Of a stretch of DNA of 64,000 nucleotides, positions 1 through 12,117 are shown piece after piece; the stretch's first letter is position 1, and each line of letters starts with the position of its first letter. The stretch lies in assembly GCA_001662655.1 (NCBI GenBank), contig KV460257.1. One strand, given 5' to 3'. A model generated the notes under the pieces. The model was not told where the DNA came from, did not search any database, and saw only the letters and a program-made list of their open reading frames with translations. Made by a program: the position numbers and the translations under genes. The stretch comes from Pseudogymnoascus verrucosus. Lineage: Eukaryota.

Positions 1-831
1 TTCACAACTTCCTGCTACTACCTCACAACTACTCCTTCCTTACCTCTACACAAATTCGAAAAGTCGTGACAATTACGGCAATACTATCCAAACCGCTCCC
101 TCGAAACCGTAGTAAGGCTGCCAGTAGAGAAAAGACGTTTTAACATGGACAATATGTTGGTAACGCAAACATACGTAAATGCCTTCAAGGCTGTTGTGAC
201 GAGTCAATGTGCTTTGTGGGTTATCATCTTCACCTCCGCACTGGTAATAATATAATTCCGAAGCAGGTTATTTGGAGATGCTCACCATCACCGTCCATTT
301 ACCATAATGATGCGTCATATTCATGTATGTCTCAGAATATCACTCCCATCAATATGTGCTGGCCGAGGCAGAACGAAAGCCCAACGCAGGTCGTGAGTAT
401 GGTTATATCGAAGCTGATCACCGAAAAAAAGCTTTCATGTAGCTCAACACGCCCTAGTGTGGAACAATATCGTCTCTGGGTGGATTGGAGGCGTTAACCG
501 TGCATATACTCGGATGCGGCCGTCCCTAGCGGGAAATCATCATCTGCAAGGCGGGGTGGAGTAGCGACGTGGTCCTCTGATTATCAGGGTCAGAGCAATG
601 CCCATTACATTTTGATAATTTTCAAAGATGGAGAATTGATTTATGGTATCGAGATATTTTTTTTAGCAATTTGGTATATATAGATTTGTCCCTTTAATGA
701 AATTCAAGTTATCTACAGCAGTCTACCTCAAGCCATTCTCACTTTACGATCACAATTGCTCTTCCTCATCGGTCTTCTTCTTCCATCCACATCCACCTAT
801 CATCACCAACACTTCAAAGCCATTTCCTAGT

Positions 832-1563
832 ATGAAGTGTACCATTTTCAGCAATGGCAGGCTCGCCCTTTTTGCTCTCGCCATCACACAATTCAGCCCC
901 ATCCTAGCCCACCCTTCCATAGTCGAGCGCGGTTCCCCCATTGCCCTGGGAGCTGCCAAAACATACGGAGCAATCGCAGCCACGACTCTCACTAGCACAG
1001 GCAACACTCGCATCACCGGCGACTGCGGAACCTGCCCTGGAACATCAATCACCGGCTTCCTCCCTGGAGTGTGTACCGGAACCACATCAGCGGGTGGGAA
1101 AGCAGCTTGCGCCGCAGAAGCCGCTTGTCTTTCCGCATACAACAATGCTAGAGGTCTTGCCTCTACCGCTACAGCTCTCCCATCATCGGACCTCGCAGGC
1201 TTAGCATTGGCTCCAGGCGTCTACAAATTCCCCACGGCGGCAGCCACTAATTCGGCCACTCTGACACTTAACGGAGCTAAGAACACCATGGGGCAATTCA
1301 TCTTCCTCATCGACACAACCTTAACAACTGCCGGTAGCTCCAAGGTCGTGTTGATCAACGGCGCACAAGCTTGCAATGTTTATTTTATTGTTGGCTCATC
1401 TGCTACTATTGGAGAGTCAAGTGCAATGACCGGAAATATTCTGGCGCATACTTCTATTGGTCTGACCAATGCTGCGAGTAATAAAGGTACTCTCTGTGCA
1501 CTCAATGGAGCTGTTACTTTGATCAACAACTCCCTCACTGCTCAGACTGTCTGCAGTTCATAG
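832..1563 (+). CDS. Secreted ice-binding protein, DUF3494 (IBP-1) family, intronless, about 243 aa
   Basis: ATG at 832 is followed by a signal peptide (MKCTIFSNGRLALFALAITQFSPILA). DUF3494 motifs: DLAGLALAPGVY, LTLNG..QFIF, VVLINGAQACNVYFIVGSSATIG, GNILA..SI, GAVTLINN. TATA-like sequence near 675. Confidence 0.88.
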   Translation: MKCTIFSNGRLALFALAITQFSPILAHPSIVERGSPIALGAAKTYGAIAATTLTSTGNTRITGDCGTCPGTSITGFLPGVCTGTTSAGGKAACAAEAACLSAYNNARGLASTATALPSSDLAGLALAPGVYKFPTAAATNSATLTLNGAKNTMGQFIFLIDTTLTTAGSSKVVLINGAQACNVYFIVGSSATIGESSAMTGNILAHTSIGLTNAASNKGTLCALNGAVTLINNSLTAQTVCSS

Positions 1564-2491
1564 GCTTTCGTGCTTGTTGCGATTTTTCTTTCTGGTTGTT
1601 TATCAAGATTTAGTGTACTTTTACTAGTTACAGATCAGATCACCACAATGTATTCTAGGGAACGAATTGAAATCAGTCTTTTGATCTCTCCCCTGCTTGT
1701 GATTGACCCTGGCAGTCTCCTTTTCAAGCGGGAAGAGCAACATGTCAATATCTGCATAGCGATACGGTTATATGAGTTAGGGGGACTGGACAGTTGAAGG
1801 GAGGTGGTGATTATACAGGGCTTCTGGGATGGAATTAACAACGCGCGCGCTAAGAACCTAGGAGGGATATCGCAGGCGCCTGATTGGGTGAGGAGGGAAT
1901 CTTCGTTCAGGTTCATTTTCGAAACTTCCATGCCCTTATTAATATCGCGGCAGCCGTGGGACATCAGAGGTTGAACGGGGAAGGGATTAAGAGCTTTAAG
2001 ATGGTTCTGTAGCAACCCCAGTCCGCTGACGAAGTGACGAAGTGTCGCTGGGCTGTATCCTGGGCGAATGGCTGTCGTCAGCCAGTTTGTATGGCATGAG
2101 TAATGCGGGGTAAGTAACTACCCCAGGTTATCCGCTCGTGGCGAGAGTGAACTGTAGGAATGTCCTTCAACGTTCGTACTATCCAATTTCGGCACCACCT
2201 ACTAACGGACCACATACCTTCGCGAAAAGATTGATAGAATGGAATGAGGTTATGAGTCCAGCCGACCCCGCCAATCGCGCCCGCCAGTCTAGCATGTCGC
2301 TTTTGAGGACTATCGGATGCCTTCCACCTCTCGATCTTGAAAAGGAGCTTGAACAGTCCGAGAAGTCTGAGGGGTTCAAAGACGAGTTTGAAGGATTGAA
2401 AAATGAGCTTAACAAATTCCAAACAGTTAGCAATAACCTTCTGGCACTTTTTGAGTCGACCAATCAACATTTGTCCAGAGCTTCGCTCTAA

Positions 2492-3400
2492 TTAGTGTTT
2501 AGTTCTGCCAAAAATATAATCTACTATCCTCCCCAATCCTTGAATGTCACCTTCAACAGTCCCTGCTTTCTCCCTATCAAACCAGCCTTCTGTGAAACCA
2601 CCTCCAAAGTCAATGATCCATGCATCCATGTTTCTGTCAACCAAAACGTTTGCTGCCTTTGCATCTCCCCACACAATGCCAGCTTCATGAAGATGCTTCA
2701 AAGTGCTAATGACTTGATCCGCCCAGCGCTGTCGCAAGTGCTTCGGGGTGTCAGCACGGACGGCGCCTTCCAGCGTCCTGCCATCACAGTCGATATACGA
2801 GAGCAGTAATCCCATGTAAGAAGAGCCGTCTTCCCCTTGGACAAGGCCCAAAATACGTGGAACACGTAAACCATCCTCCACATTTAACTGATCAATACGT
2901 AGATTGGCGTTGAGTTCATGAAGAGCTTCTCGCTAACATCCGCTTTGAAGTAGCAGATAGTCTCGTTATTTGCAAGCACCATTCTAGGAAATTGGGTGAG
3001 CGCGTCCTTTGGATCCTTATTGCATATCGATATCTCTGATGGACGAAATGGTGGCCATGAGAAAGAGAGATCGGAGGGAGCCAGGTCCACCCCTTGATGA
3101 CGCGGCCTCGCATTATTATCGTCATCTGGGCTCGCAGCCAATATCCCATCAGCAACGTGGAGCTTATACTTCAACGTGACTGGATTGAAGTAATCGTGAA
3201 GGGTAAATGTCTGTTCGTTCGTCGGATTCGAGTCAATCCGTCGGAACACAGGTGAAAGAGGGTCTAAAGACTAATCGTACAAGTCCTCCACAGTAACGTT
3301 GAGATCATCAGCCTCCAAAGCGTCCAGGTATTGGAGATACTGGTCCTTGATATTAGGTGCTTCCTGGAAGTTTTCTGTTCAACTAGGTAACGTGAAAACA
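2492..3400 (-). pseudogene. Fungal protein-kinase-like gene, disrupted
   Basis: C-terminal part reads LHEAGIVWGDAKAANVLVD..WIIDFGGG. Upstream part NFQEAPNIKDQYLQYLDALEADD..LYD*SLDP has an in-frame TAG at a likely Trp. Frame breaks around 2880-2945. The 5' limit is approximate. Confidence 0.7.
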
Positions 3401-4810
3401 TGTGCCGTTACACATCACCGTTATATCGGACTTTTTCGTCCCATAATGGGTCCGAAATTGGGTGACGGTGTACAATGGTCGGTGATCCATCGTGAAGGCG
3501 CATCCGTAAAGGATGTAGATTCAAAGCGACGTTGATATCGTGGATGAAAAGAATCAGAAGTTTTGAAGTGTTGGACCAGAAGAGAGTGTTTATATGCGCC
3601 GCTACGCATAAACACACACTCACAGACCTGGGTCCCAAAAGCGAACGGGGCCGCGACAGGGGTACGTACCCCGAAAATAGATGGAGTTTAGAAAAAGGCA
3701 CAACTTTAGCGTTAAAATGTGGAATGGGGTCATCATCTTTAGTGTCCATAGATGTCGTATCGTGTGCTGGTTTTGACCGCGCAGTGAACAAGTCGTTGAG
3801 ACGAAAGATAGTAATAATTTCAAAGATTCTCCTATATCAACATATGTTACCGTTGTAAATGATGCTGCTATATTGTTTCGAGAGGACCGGTGCAAGTGAA
3901 AGATGTTTGCCGATTGGCCAAGAAACCGCCAGGCTTTCCACTCCAAGAGTGTGACGCGGAATTTGCCGGTCGCGTATCAAGCGTCATAACAACACAACCG
4001 GTCTCCAGATTGACTCTTTCCGAGCACACAAAGTATATACATTATCGTCTCGTTTTTCATGTCTGCAAGGGATGGCATGAGAGGCGTGTCACCGTCGCCT
4101 AAAGTCAGACCCCCTGGGAGTCTGATCGAGCTGCCACCCTCCCCTCCAAGCACAGGGAGGAGCGCCCATGCACTCTCCCGCAGCCGTCTCGAGGCATCCG
4201 TACGACGGATTCAAACCGAACCGATTGAAGGCGGACGCATTAAATTATCCCCTGGTGATTTCTCTACAGCGTTGGATTATCTTCGAGAGTCTGATCCAGA
4301 TACCTGGGGTCATCCCAGCCCTGGATGGCCTAAATGAGACAGAGACAATCGCATCTAACTAGTGCACCTCTTTGCAAATGGGGACAAAGCTGAGAGCAAA
4401 TTATGAGTCGTCTCTTTCGAGAAGATCAAAACAGCACGTTGCTGAGATCCTGTTTCTTGTTCAAATTCTATGTTTTCGTTCCCTACTCCTTAGGATTCCA
4501 CCTTCACCTGAACGCTGCTTCAGTAAAATGAGCCAGAAAAGCTGGTAAGTTAAACATCCTCTTTATCTCGACTTGCCAAGCTAATTATTTCTCGCAGCTT
4601 CGACATCGACAAGGGTGCAGTCCACGTAATCGAGATGAAAGCCCTATTGAAGTCATCGAGACTAGCCCAGTTATAACGCCTTCACCCATCACAATCTTCC
4701 ACCAGCACCTTCGCCAGGCAGAGTCAGTGTATGCCGTGCATATGGAGCTGAATGAAAAGGTTCGTTCATATCTCGGAAAGAGCCCGTTGTAGAGAAACCT
4801 GACATGTATC

Positions 4811-5419
4811 TGTTCTTTACCACGACATCACGATGTTCGCCAAGGAGTTTGGCGTCGATGAAGTCCCTGGCACACATCCAGGACACGATTCTTTCAGCTT
4901 GGAAAGGCCGTTCATCAACCAGAGATTCGATTTCGTCATCTGCGATGGCCAAGTCTTACGAACACACAAGCGACCTAAATACCGGGAGCGAACCGAAGCA
5001 AGCCGACTCACAAGCTCACAGCTAATTTTAGCGTTGCAGCGCATCCGACATGGAGGGACATTAGTCATACTATTGCACAAGATCGAGGCGTTGGATACCA
5101 TGGAGCTTCTATATCTATTCTCCCAGTTTTCCGACATCGAAGTATTCAAACCCTTAAGGAAGCATCGACGTTCTATCTCATTGCGAAGAATGTTCAGCCG
5201 AGTGTAGAATCTGCAAGAGTGGCAGTCATTGCTTGGAAGAAGGCTTGGTGGAATGCAACCTTTGGTGGGGAGCAGGGTGTAGGTGCACAGAGACTCGATA
5301 AGGATGATAAATATGCACAGGCAATCATTGACTCTTTCAGCGATAGGTTTACTACGCTTGCTAGACCAGTCTGGAAGATTCAGGCAGACGCTTTGAGTAG
5401 AACAGACTTCACTCAGTAA
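4811..5419 (+). pseudogene. FtsJ-like methyltransferase, C-terminal fragment, frameshifted
   Basis: Reads DITMFA..FDFVICDGQVLRTH..SQLILALQRIRHGGTLVILLHK..FKP, then a frameshift near 5165 into STFYLIAKNVQ..WKKAWWNATFGG. No 5' half found. Confidence 0.7.
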
Positions 5420-5539
5420 TCTGTAGAGGATTGGAAGTCAGTCATGAAAAACATGGATGCACCTGACCGTATTGGATTTTATTACTAACAAGCCGTGGGA
5501 CCTTGGAGCCAACAAAGACATCTCACTTCCCTAGCGGCA

Positions 5540-6357
5540 TCATTCAGGTCCTACTACTTGAGCTACTTGATCAGAATCCATCGAGGAATCTATTTCGGAC
5601 GAGACTACATACATGGGTTGCTTCCTAGCTTTAGGGAAGTTGCAGCGTGTGTAACCCTCTGTGAGTCTTCAGATGCCTTTAATGCTCGTTCTTGAAGTAT
5701 GCGCGATGTTATCAGTAGAACCTCCCGTGCTTTTTCATGTTCTTAGATCTGCGTTGCTTCTTCTTCGCAAAGGGCTTTCATCTTAGTCAGCAGTTCTACA
5801 TTCTCTCCTTTAATTCCTATCATCTTGATCTCTAGAGCCTCTCTTATAGCCACTTCTGCATTAAATTTCTCACGCCATTCCTTAGCACTATATTAAAAGG
5901 TAATTATATCTCTAGAAGGATGTTCTCTACTTTTCTCTAGTGCGTCAAAAGTTGCGCTTGTTGTAACGAGTCGCATTTCTAGATCATAGTCTACAGTACC
6001 TTTTCCGAGCATAGCCTTAAAATGAACTCTAACTCTATTACATAGGTCGATATAGGCCCTAGTCGAGTGCTTGCTTAGTTGTTTATTAAACAGTACAGCC
6101 TTTCTAGCTGTTAAAATACTCTATTGATACAAGTCCTCTAGTTTTGTTATGAGCTTGACATTAGTTAGGAGAATTATAAGCCTAAGTTGGGAGTCTAGCT
6201 AAATGACATAATTAGACATAGCTTATTATATACTAAGTACACTCACGAATGTGACTGGCTAACTTCTCCCTGCACTCAGTTCGCCATTTAGCCCTTTCCT
6301 AGTTGCTGGTTTGAGGGCAATTCATTCTGAATCTAATTACATATTTCACTGCCGCTA
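5540..6357 (-). repeat. Inverted copy of 17172-17981 (coiled-coil gene with part of its upstream cassette A)
   Basis: Direct sequence match over about 0.8 kb (e.g. the SFRSYYLSYLIRIHRGIYFGRD-coding stretch occurs in both copies). Many differences are transitions. Confidence 0.92.
5605..6325 (-). pseudogene. RIP-inactivated paralog of the 17205-17915 coiled-coil gene
   Basis: Begins ATG AAT TGC CCT CAA ACC AGC AAC TAG (CAG>TAG). Intron in the same position as in the paralog; another CAA>TAA stop near 5893. Confidence 0.8.
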
Positions 6358-6395
6358 TTCTCTCGCCTTCAATATTTTATATATTAGATATCTCT

Positions 6396-6830
6396 ATGAT
6401 GAATCTAGTCTACCCGCTTATCGCTTTTGCCTGTCTCGCCTCAGGTTCAACTGCAAACCCATTTTACACCAATTCTTCAGCCACCACTCACATTGCAACT
6501 TAACATCTTCAACTGCGAATAAGGCCCAAACGGATACCAATTCTCCAATTGTTCTTAAAAGCTGGTCAGGGTTAGGCTGTAAGCATAATCAATCTAATAC
6601 CCAGATGCATTCATAGCGTCTAATTATCCTCAAGGCACAGGGCAAATGACTGAGTTTGATTTATCAGCACTATATGGGTGGAATGTTACTTGTGACCCTA
6701 GACCATTTTCCAGCTTTAAACTCAGTCGCCCGCTAAAAGAGAGAGAACAGCTTGATTTCAGTCGTATGTCAGAATCAGATGATTGTGGTCGCTTCCTGCA
6801 CTCGTATTAGCCACGAGATTCACTAGGTGA
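6396..6830 (+). pseudogene. Small secreted (effector-like) protein remnant
   Basis: Signal-peptide-like start MMNLVYPLIAFACLASGSTANP. Downstream reads LYGWNVTCDPRPFSSFKLSRPLKEREQLDFS..DCGRFLHSY*. Interrupted by stops or a frameshift. Confidence 0.4.
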
Positions 6831-7112
6831 GACGGGTGTAGGAAGAAATCCACCAAAAGCTAACACAGAACAGCTGGATGTGTTAATCTAAGCTCATTTT
6901 GGTGCGTTCGAATCTGGCTTAACTAGCTAGAGCGCACCGCCAACCGGATGGACCACTAGATGGACCCTGGAACGAATGGATGACTCCAAATGTGGCTCCT
7001 ACAGCACAGAGCGGTAGACATTGGTCGCTCATGGAAAGTCCTAGAAGAGCGTAAAAGAGCGCTACACTATACTTGAATTAAGAATAGAATTTGAACTCAG
7101 CCACATGACCCA

Positions 7113-7198
7113 TACCTATACGTGGTGGCACTTTGTAGCAGAAAATTGAGGGCCGTGTTCACCGGTATCATCAGGTGGTAGCCAGCAGATCGCTGCTC
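7113..7198. repeat. Distal part of upstream cassette A (matches 9655-9736 and, inverted, 17048-17135)
   Basis: GTGGCACTTTG.AGCAGAAA..GGTATCATC.GGTGGT..CAGCAGATCGCTGCTC is shared among the copies. Confidence 0.8.
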
Positions 7199-8307
7199 GT
7201 CTTTGCTCGTTCCCTACCTCTCACCTTGGCCTGTTTGATATGTACTAATTAGTATTTCGTGTCCTCCGACTGGTACAAAAATTGAAACACTATTATTATT
7301 TTTCAGTAACTACTATAAGCGATAATAGCTACTTCCGCACAAAAAACACATATAAACGGAACTCAAGAAACCGGGGCCATTCAAGAGTTTGAGCAAGCAC
7401 AGTGAATTACACACTACAGCTGCCTAAGAACTCTAGACCTCCACCCACTATCTTATGTCTCAACAGACCCGTTTGGGACAGATATCGAACTACCGGAGTA
7501 TAAATACATCAAGTAGGTACACCCACGATGTGATAGCAGCATGCTAGCCGGACCTCAGTAATAACTTCGATAAACTGGGAAGATTACGAACCGACGACGA
7601 GCCAAGGCAGTTGCCGTGGCTTTGGGAGTAACTTGAGCTTGGAGACGTAGGCGTTCCATCTCCTTTTCTAGTGACTCTAAATCACCGGTAGAAGTGTTAG
7701 AGATGTCGTCGTTGCGAGGATCCTGAGGAATAATAGGTCTAGAAGATATGATTCTGAGGTAGTGGAGACGTTGTTTGTCATTGCGAAAGGTAGGCATTTT
7801 ATAGCCTTCGAATGCCATTTAGTTGGCGAGTTGTTTTACTGATGGTATCGGAGGTAGTATATGAGAGGTGAAGTGAAGAAGTCTCGCTAGGGAATTGATG
7901 GCCTCTTATAATGTTAATGGACCCTTGCACAGCGCTAACCCTTTGTAGATGTCTGAAAAGCAATCTGCCTTGAGATGACAACCCATACTCCGTACTCATC
8001 CCGAAACAACCCATCTCCGAAGTTGTAGAGTGCATATTCCAAATTTGCAGTTTCCAGCATGAAATCTAATGCGATGACTCTGGGAGGTTCGGTGCCATTC
8101 TGGAGAGCGGGTTACCTTCGTGCGTTAAAGTGCTTTCATGGGTGCTCTCGTCAGAGATTCGGACAGTCTCCCCTTTCTGTTCACTCTCTAGAATCCGCGA
8201 GCCCATTTGCTTCCCGCCTACGCCCACGCCACTGTGGTTAACCTCATATGGATAATAGACCGAGGACCCCTAGTATCCACACTTCACACCAATTTGGCAA
8301 GGGGACG

Positions 8308-9583
8308 CTAGCTTGGCAAGAGTCTGTGGCTTCCAAGTCCAGCTCGTTGCAGCTCATCATATTTTCTCTTAGCAGAAGTTCCTGTGGAAAGCTGCGAGCA
8401 GTCGTCGCCAAACATCAGCCGCCATCCCTCTTTCCGCCAGAGAAGACAGCCGCAATCAGCCGCTCGGCATAGCGTGGACTGTGGCACACCTAGCATACGG
8501 CAAAGCATGCTTGCCGACAGCGGAGTATTGCTATATAGGCGGTTCAACCCAAGAATTCCAACGTCATGAAAGCCAATAGAACGAATGGATTTCTTGTTGG
8601 TCTCGAAAAAATCCTTGGTGACCTTTTTAGGAGCCACCACTCCACACATGTCAAGCTGATGCAGATCAAATGCGCAGTGAGACAGCAGTTCCAGAACACG
8701 TTCGGAGACCCCACGCACGCGCAGGACCTTGACGTTCTTCAGCAGCTGTCTTAGAGACTCCGATAGAGGGCCTAGATTTGGTTCTTCCCACTATGAATCG
8801 TAGAATGGAAGCTCGAAGTGCAACAAGCTAATGGTATGAATGGCAACGCCTGCCTTCTAGCACGCTGAATGGCGCTCGAAACGACTTGTAGATGGTGTTT
8901 GTAAAACTCATTTTTTATGACCATGTCTGGGATCAACAGCCAGCCGTCATCTTCCAGCACCTCAGAGAAAGACAATCTCACCTCCTGCAACAAAGGAAGT
9001 GCACAGAAGACAGATGATAAAATCAGGTCAGCACCCTCATCGACAATGCTGCGCTGCTCTATACAATGCCGTGGACAGTTTTGTATATGGCCATGTACGA
9101 ATGGAACTCATCTGCTTCATACCCCACATCGTAAAAATCTTCGCTTGATCTACGTGGCTGTCGGGAGTTAGAATATCAGACCTAAAACGGTCAAAATCTA
9201 GTATTTCTACTCGATTTCAGGATTAGTATTAGCTTAAACTCAGCGAGCGACTGGAGATGCATACCAGTCTTTAGCAGTTCAGTGATTTCGTAGGTAAAGG
9301 AGGTAATATAGCCACAAACATTTGACTTCAAGAGGTCGTTGAGTCCTTCAATCCCGGCCTGAGAGAACTCAAACTTCACGTGACGAAAGAGGGTCGACAG
9401 ACAGGCTTGTCTGAGCCGTTTGCTGGCGCGGGAAAGATCTTTGATCTCCCAAACTGGAAGGTGGTCGACAACGGCGTGGAAAATCTCCGTCGGGAGCGTC
9501 TCAAGGTGCGTTAATTCTGGAGTGTCAATGCTCATTATGAAAACGTTGGAGGGCTCCTGGTTGCTGGTTCGAGGGCAATTCAT
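8308..9583 (-). pseudogene. F-box domain protein, frameshifted; chimeric 5' end from cassette A
   Basis: F-box motif LETLPTEIFHAVVDHLPVWEIKDLSRASKRLR. Intron at about 9207-9264. Frameshifts near 9135 and 9065; remaining pieces at 8772-8993 and 8308-8760. Confidence 0.7.
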
Positions 9584-9736
9584 TCTGAATCAAGTACACT
9601 TTTCACTGCCGCTATAGCGCCATGTTATATTTACGTGGCCATGGTGGTTTACTTATGCGTGTGGCACTTTGCAGCAGAAACTGGGGTGTGTGGTCAACAG
9701 CTGGTATCATCGGGTGGTGACAGCAGATCGCTGCTC
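9555..9736 (-). promoter_or_regulatory. Cassette A copy: upstream region plus first 10 codons (MNCPRTSNQE) in front of the F-box gene
   Basis: Matches 17048-17233 (inverted) and, in part, 6297-6357. Homology stops 29 nt into the coding sequence. Promoter role is inferred from position only. Confidence 0.7.
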
Positions 9737-10802
9737 TTTCGAATTGTGAGCCGCCAACTTGTTACCGCTCTCACTCACGTCCGCAACTGAGACGTAATCT
9801 TAGTTTCAGAGTGATGACGATTAACACCACGCCAACGCATCAATGGCTCTCCTCACAACATCGCCAGCCACAATTGGCAACCGCACCTGCAGTTCGAGTC
9901 ACGGTTTAATTTGCACTTAGAGAACGACAATAGTATTGTCTATGTTATGATGCCGTAGGTCCTCCATTTCTCCCCTCCACCTCCACCTTCTCATCCTCAG
10001 TCTTTGCCTTCTTGCTCACATACTTCAGAGCCTCTCTCTTCGTGTCTTGCACATATTCCTCATCATCTTCGCTCTTTCGTTTCCTGCTCACACAGTTTGA
10101 ACGTGGCTCTTTAATATAATGAGCAACCTGAAAATGGGCCCGGGAGTCTGAAGCGTTCTTGAGTGGTACGTGACATGAGGGATGTGGACATTCCTTTTCT
10201 GCGCCAGTCTCAAGGTGCTTGTCAGCATGAGTTGTCTTACAATTGATGATTCGGGAGGAGGCGGACGACTAAAACAAGTGCATGTCTCTGCGTATGGGGC
10301 CAGCATGGCTCTTCCAAAACAGGTTCTAGAAGGAGCGAAATCATTCAGCTATGATTTGTAGACTCAAGAAGTCTGCCAGCTGGAAGAGGTACCAGTTCCT
10401 CTGGGCTGTGTTTTGAAAGTGAAGGCTGAGGGGGAGCCTGTTGCAACCATATCAGATATTGCTACTGATGGACTCATAAAACGTCTTGCGGACTTAGGCC
10501 TCTGATGCAGTGCATCTTGAGTAACGCCGAACAGATAGATAGCTTCGCTTTGAACCAGACCTGTACCCGACGCTCAGTTAGCAGTCGCATGTTTGTCCTT
10601 CTGTAATAGCCATCAGGCCGTAACCGCCCACGCTGTGCAATCCAGATTGTCGGCGCTAAAACATTCATCCCGAGGGAAGAGGAAAGGCGCCTTTTCAGGA
10701 GGGATCCAACACAGCTAAAGCCAGCAATGTGATTATATTCAGTCATCCGATTATGTCCTCTACGTTTTTGATGCTCCGTAAACCTACATGCAATCTCTAT
10801 CT

Positions 10803-12117
10803 TCAGGTCTGCGAGCTTTTCCTGCTCGGCCGATCCCAGCTGTTCTCCGTCTCTGCCGTACTAGTCCTGTGCCTCATCCCTCTCCCATCATCCACACTAA
10901 CTGTGACCTCTCCCTTAACCTTGATCTTATCCAGTCCATACAGGTTCTCCACGCTGTCTCTGCCCTGACTCCACTGACCGCCGCCTAGCCTACTGGCGCC
11001 TCCGGGCCCCGCCTCGACCGTGGTAACCGTCCCAAAGGTGTGCCCCTTTCCCATGAATGCGAAAGTCTCCAGCCCGATATCATCTGACGGCGGGTATGCC
11101 GTCAACACAATGTCCGCCCTTGTAGTCGAATATAGCAAGACGTCAAGCCAGCCGTTGCAGGCGATCATCGACCCCGCTACGCAGAAATACGCCAATGAGG
11201 CCTTGTTCCCAGCCAACGCTACTATCCGACCGATAGCGAGTGGCGCAGTACAGACGATATAGACGACGGGGTAGAGGATCATAAGAGGTGTCACACGGTG
11301 GATCATCTGGCCGGACATATCCTCCCCCTAGGAGCGAGCGCGCAGGTAGATGAAGATGGTGGCGTAGATCAGGACGCTGCTAAACATGCAGACAAAGATC
11401 CAGAAATAGTGAAGCCAAAGACGCTCGTTTTGGTAGGCATCATTGATCTAGCACTTTCGGCCGAGTCAGTTGGGAAGTAGGAGAAGGGAGGTCAAGGAAA
11501 TACCTATGCGCTAGCTCGGACGTAGAAGTCATGCCGATGGACGAGGGGTCCGATGAGTGCCATCACGTATACGAATGTCTAAAGGCCGGCGCTGTAGCAA
11601 TAGAAAGCCACGGTGGGCAATCTATAGTCCTTTACAACGCCGAAGAATGTGTGGACGGCAATTGCGCATATGAATACGCTACTTGCGAGATCTCCAGTGG
11701 AAACAAACCTAAGCTACCGTTAGTTTCAACTTCGTCTAATCACTTTACAAAACGAACCATCCTTGCGCAAAACACATCGATGTTCCTACTTCAATTGCAT
11801 TGTGCCTTAAAGCATGAATGTTGAGGACGAAGGCAAGCGCTTGCTGGATATCTGCAAATAACATTTAGCAAGTGGCTTTAAATCGGCATGGAGTTCTAAC
11901 TAGCGAAGAGGAGGTTGTAGATAAGGAACAGGAACTGATTCATAGGCCCCTTCGCTGCAGATTTGCACCGCCATGATATCAAACGGAACATTAGCCATAG
12001 GAATAATGAAGTCGAGCAGATCAAAGACAATAAACCGAACGTCGACACCGGTATCAATCCATGAGAAAGGACAGCAGGGAGTGGTGACAATGACCTGCTC
12101 GCAGCGTCGAGTGCCAT
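10803..12117 (-). pseudogene. Git3/Gpr1 (cAMP-receptor-like) GPCR with four premature TAG codons
   Basis: Motifs NQFLFLIYNLLFA-DIQQ, CFAQGWF-VSTGDL, C*IND..ERLWLHYFWIF and MILYPVVYIVCTAPLA..NGWLDVLLYSTTR across 4 exons. TAG at about 11579, 11504 and 11448 (Trp sites) and about 11328 (likely Gln). Confidence 0.85.

Noticed and set aside
697..831. Longer N-terminus for the ice-binding protein
   Set aside because: The upstream ATG gives a low-complexity leader, whereas the ATG at 832 gives a proper signal peptide.
1690..2491. Possible fragmented gene on the + strand
   Set aside because: Some protein-like stretches, but no recognisable family or consistent gene model.
7555..7818. 87-aa ORF with a short coiled-coil
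   Set aside because: No motif or supporting context; cannot be told apart from a chance ORF or a fragment.
11320..11585. TAG codons at Trp positions as A-to-I editing-restored stops or stop-codon reassignment
   Set aside because: This and neighbouring genes also have stops at Gln codons (TAG, TAA), RIP-type missense changes and frameshifts. RIP explains all of these; editing explains only some. Sexual-stage RNA-seq would settle it.
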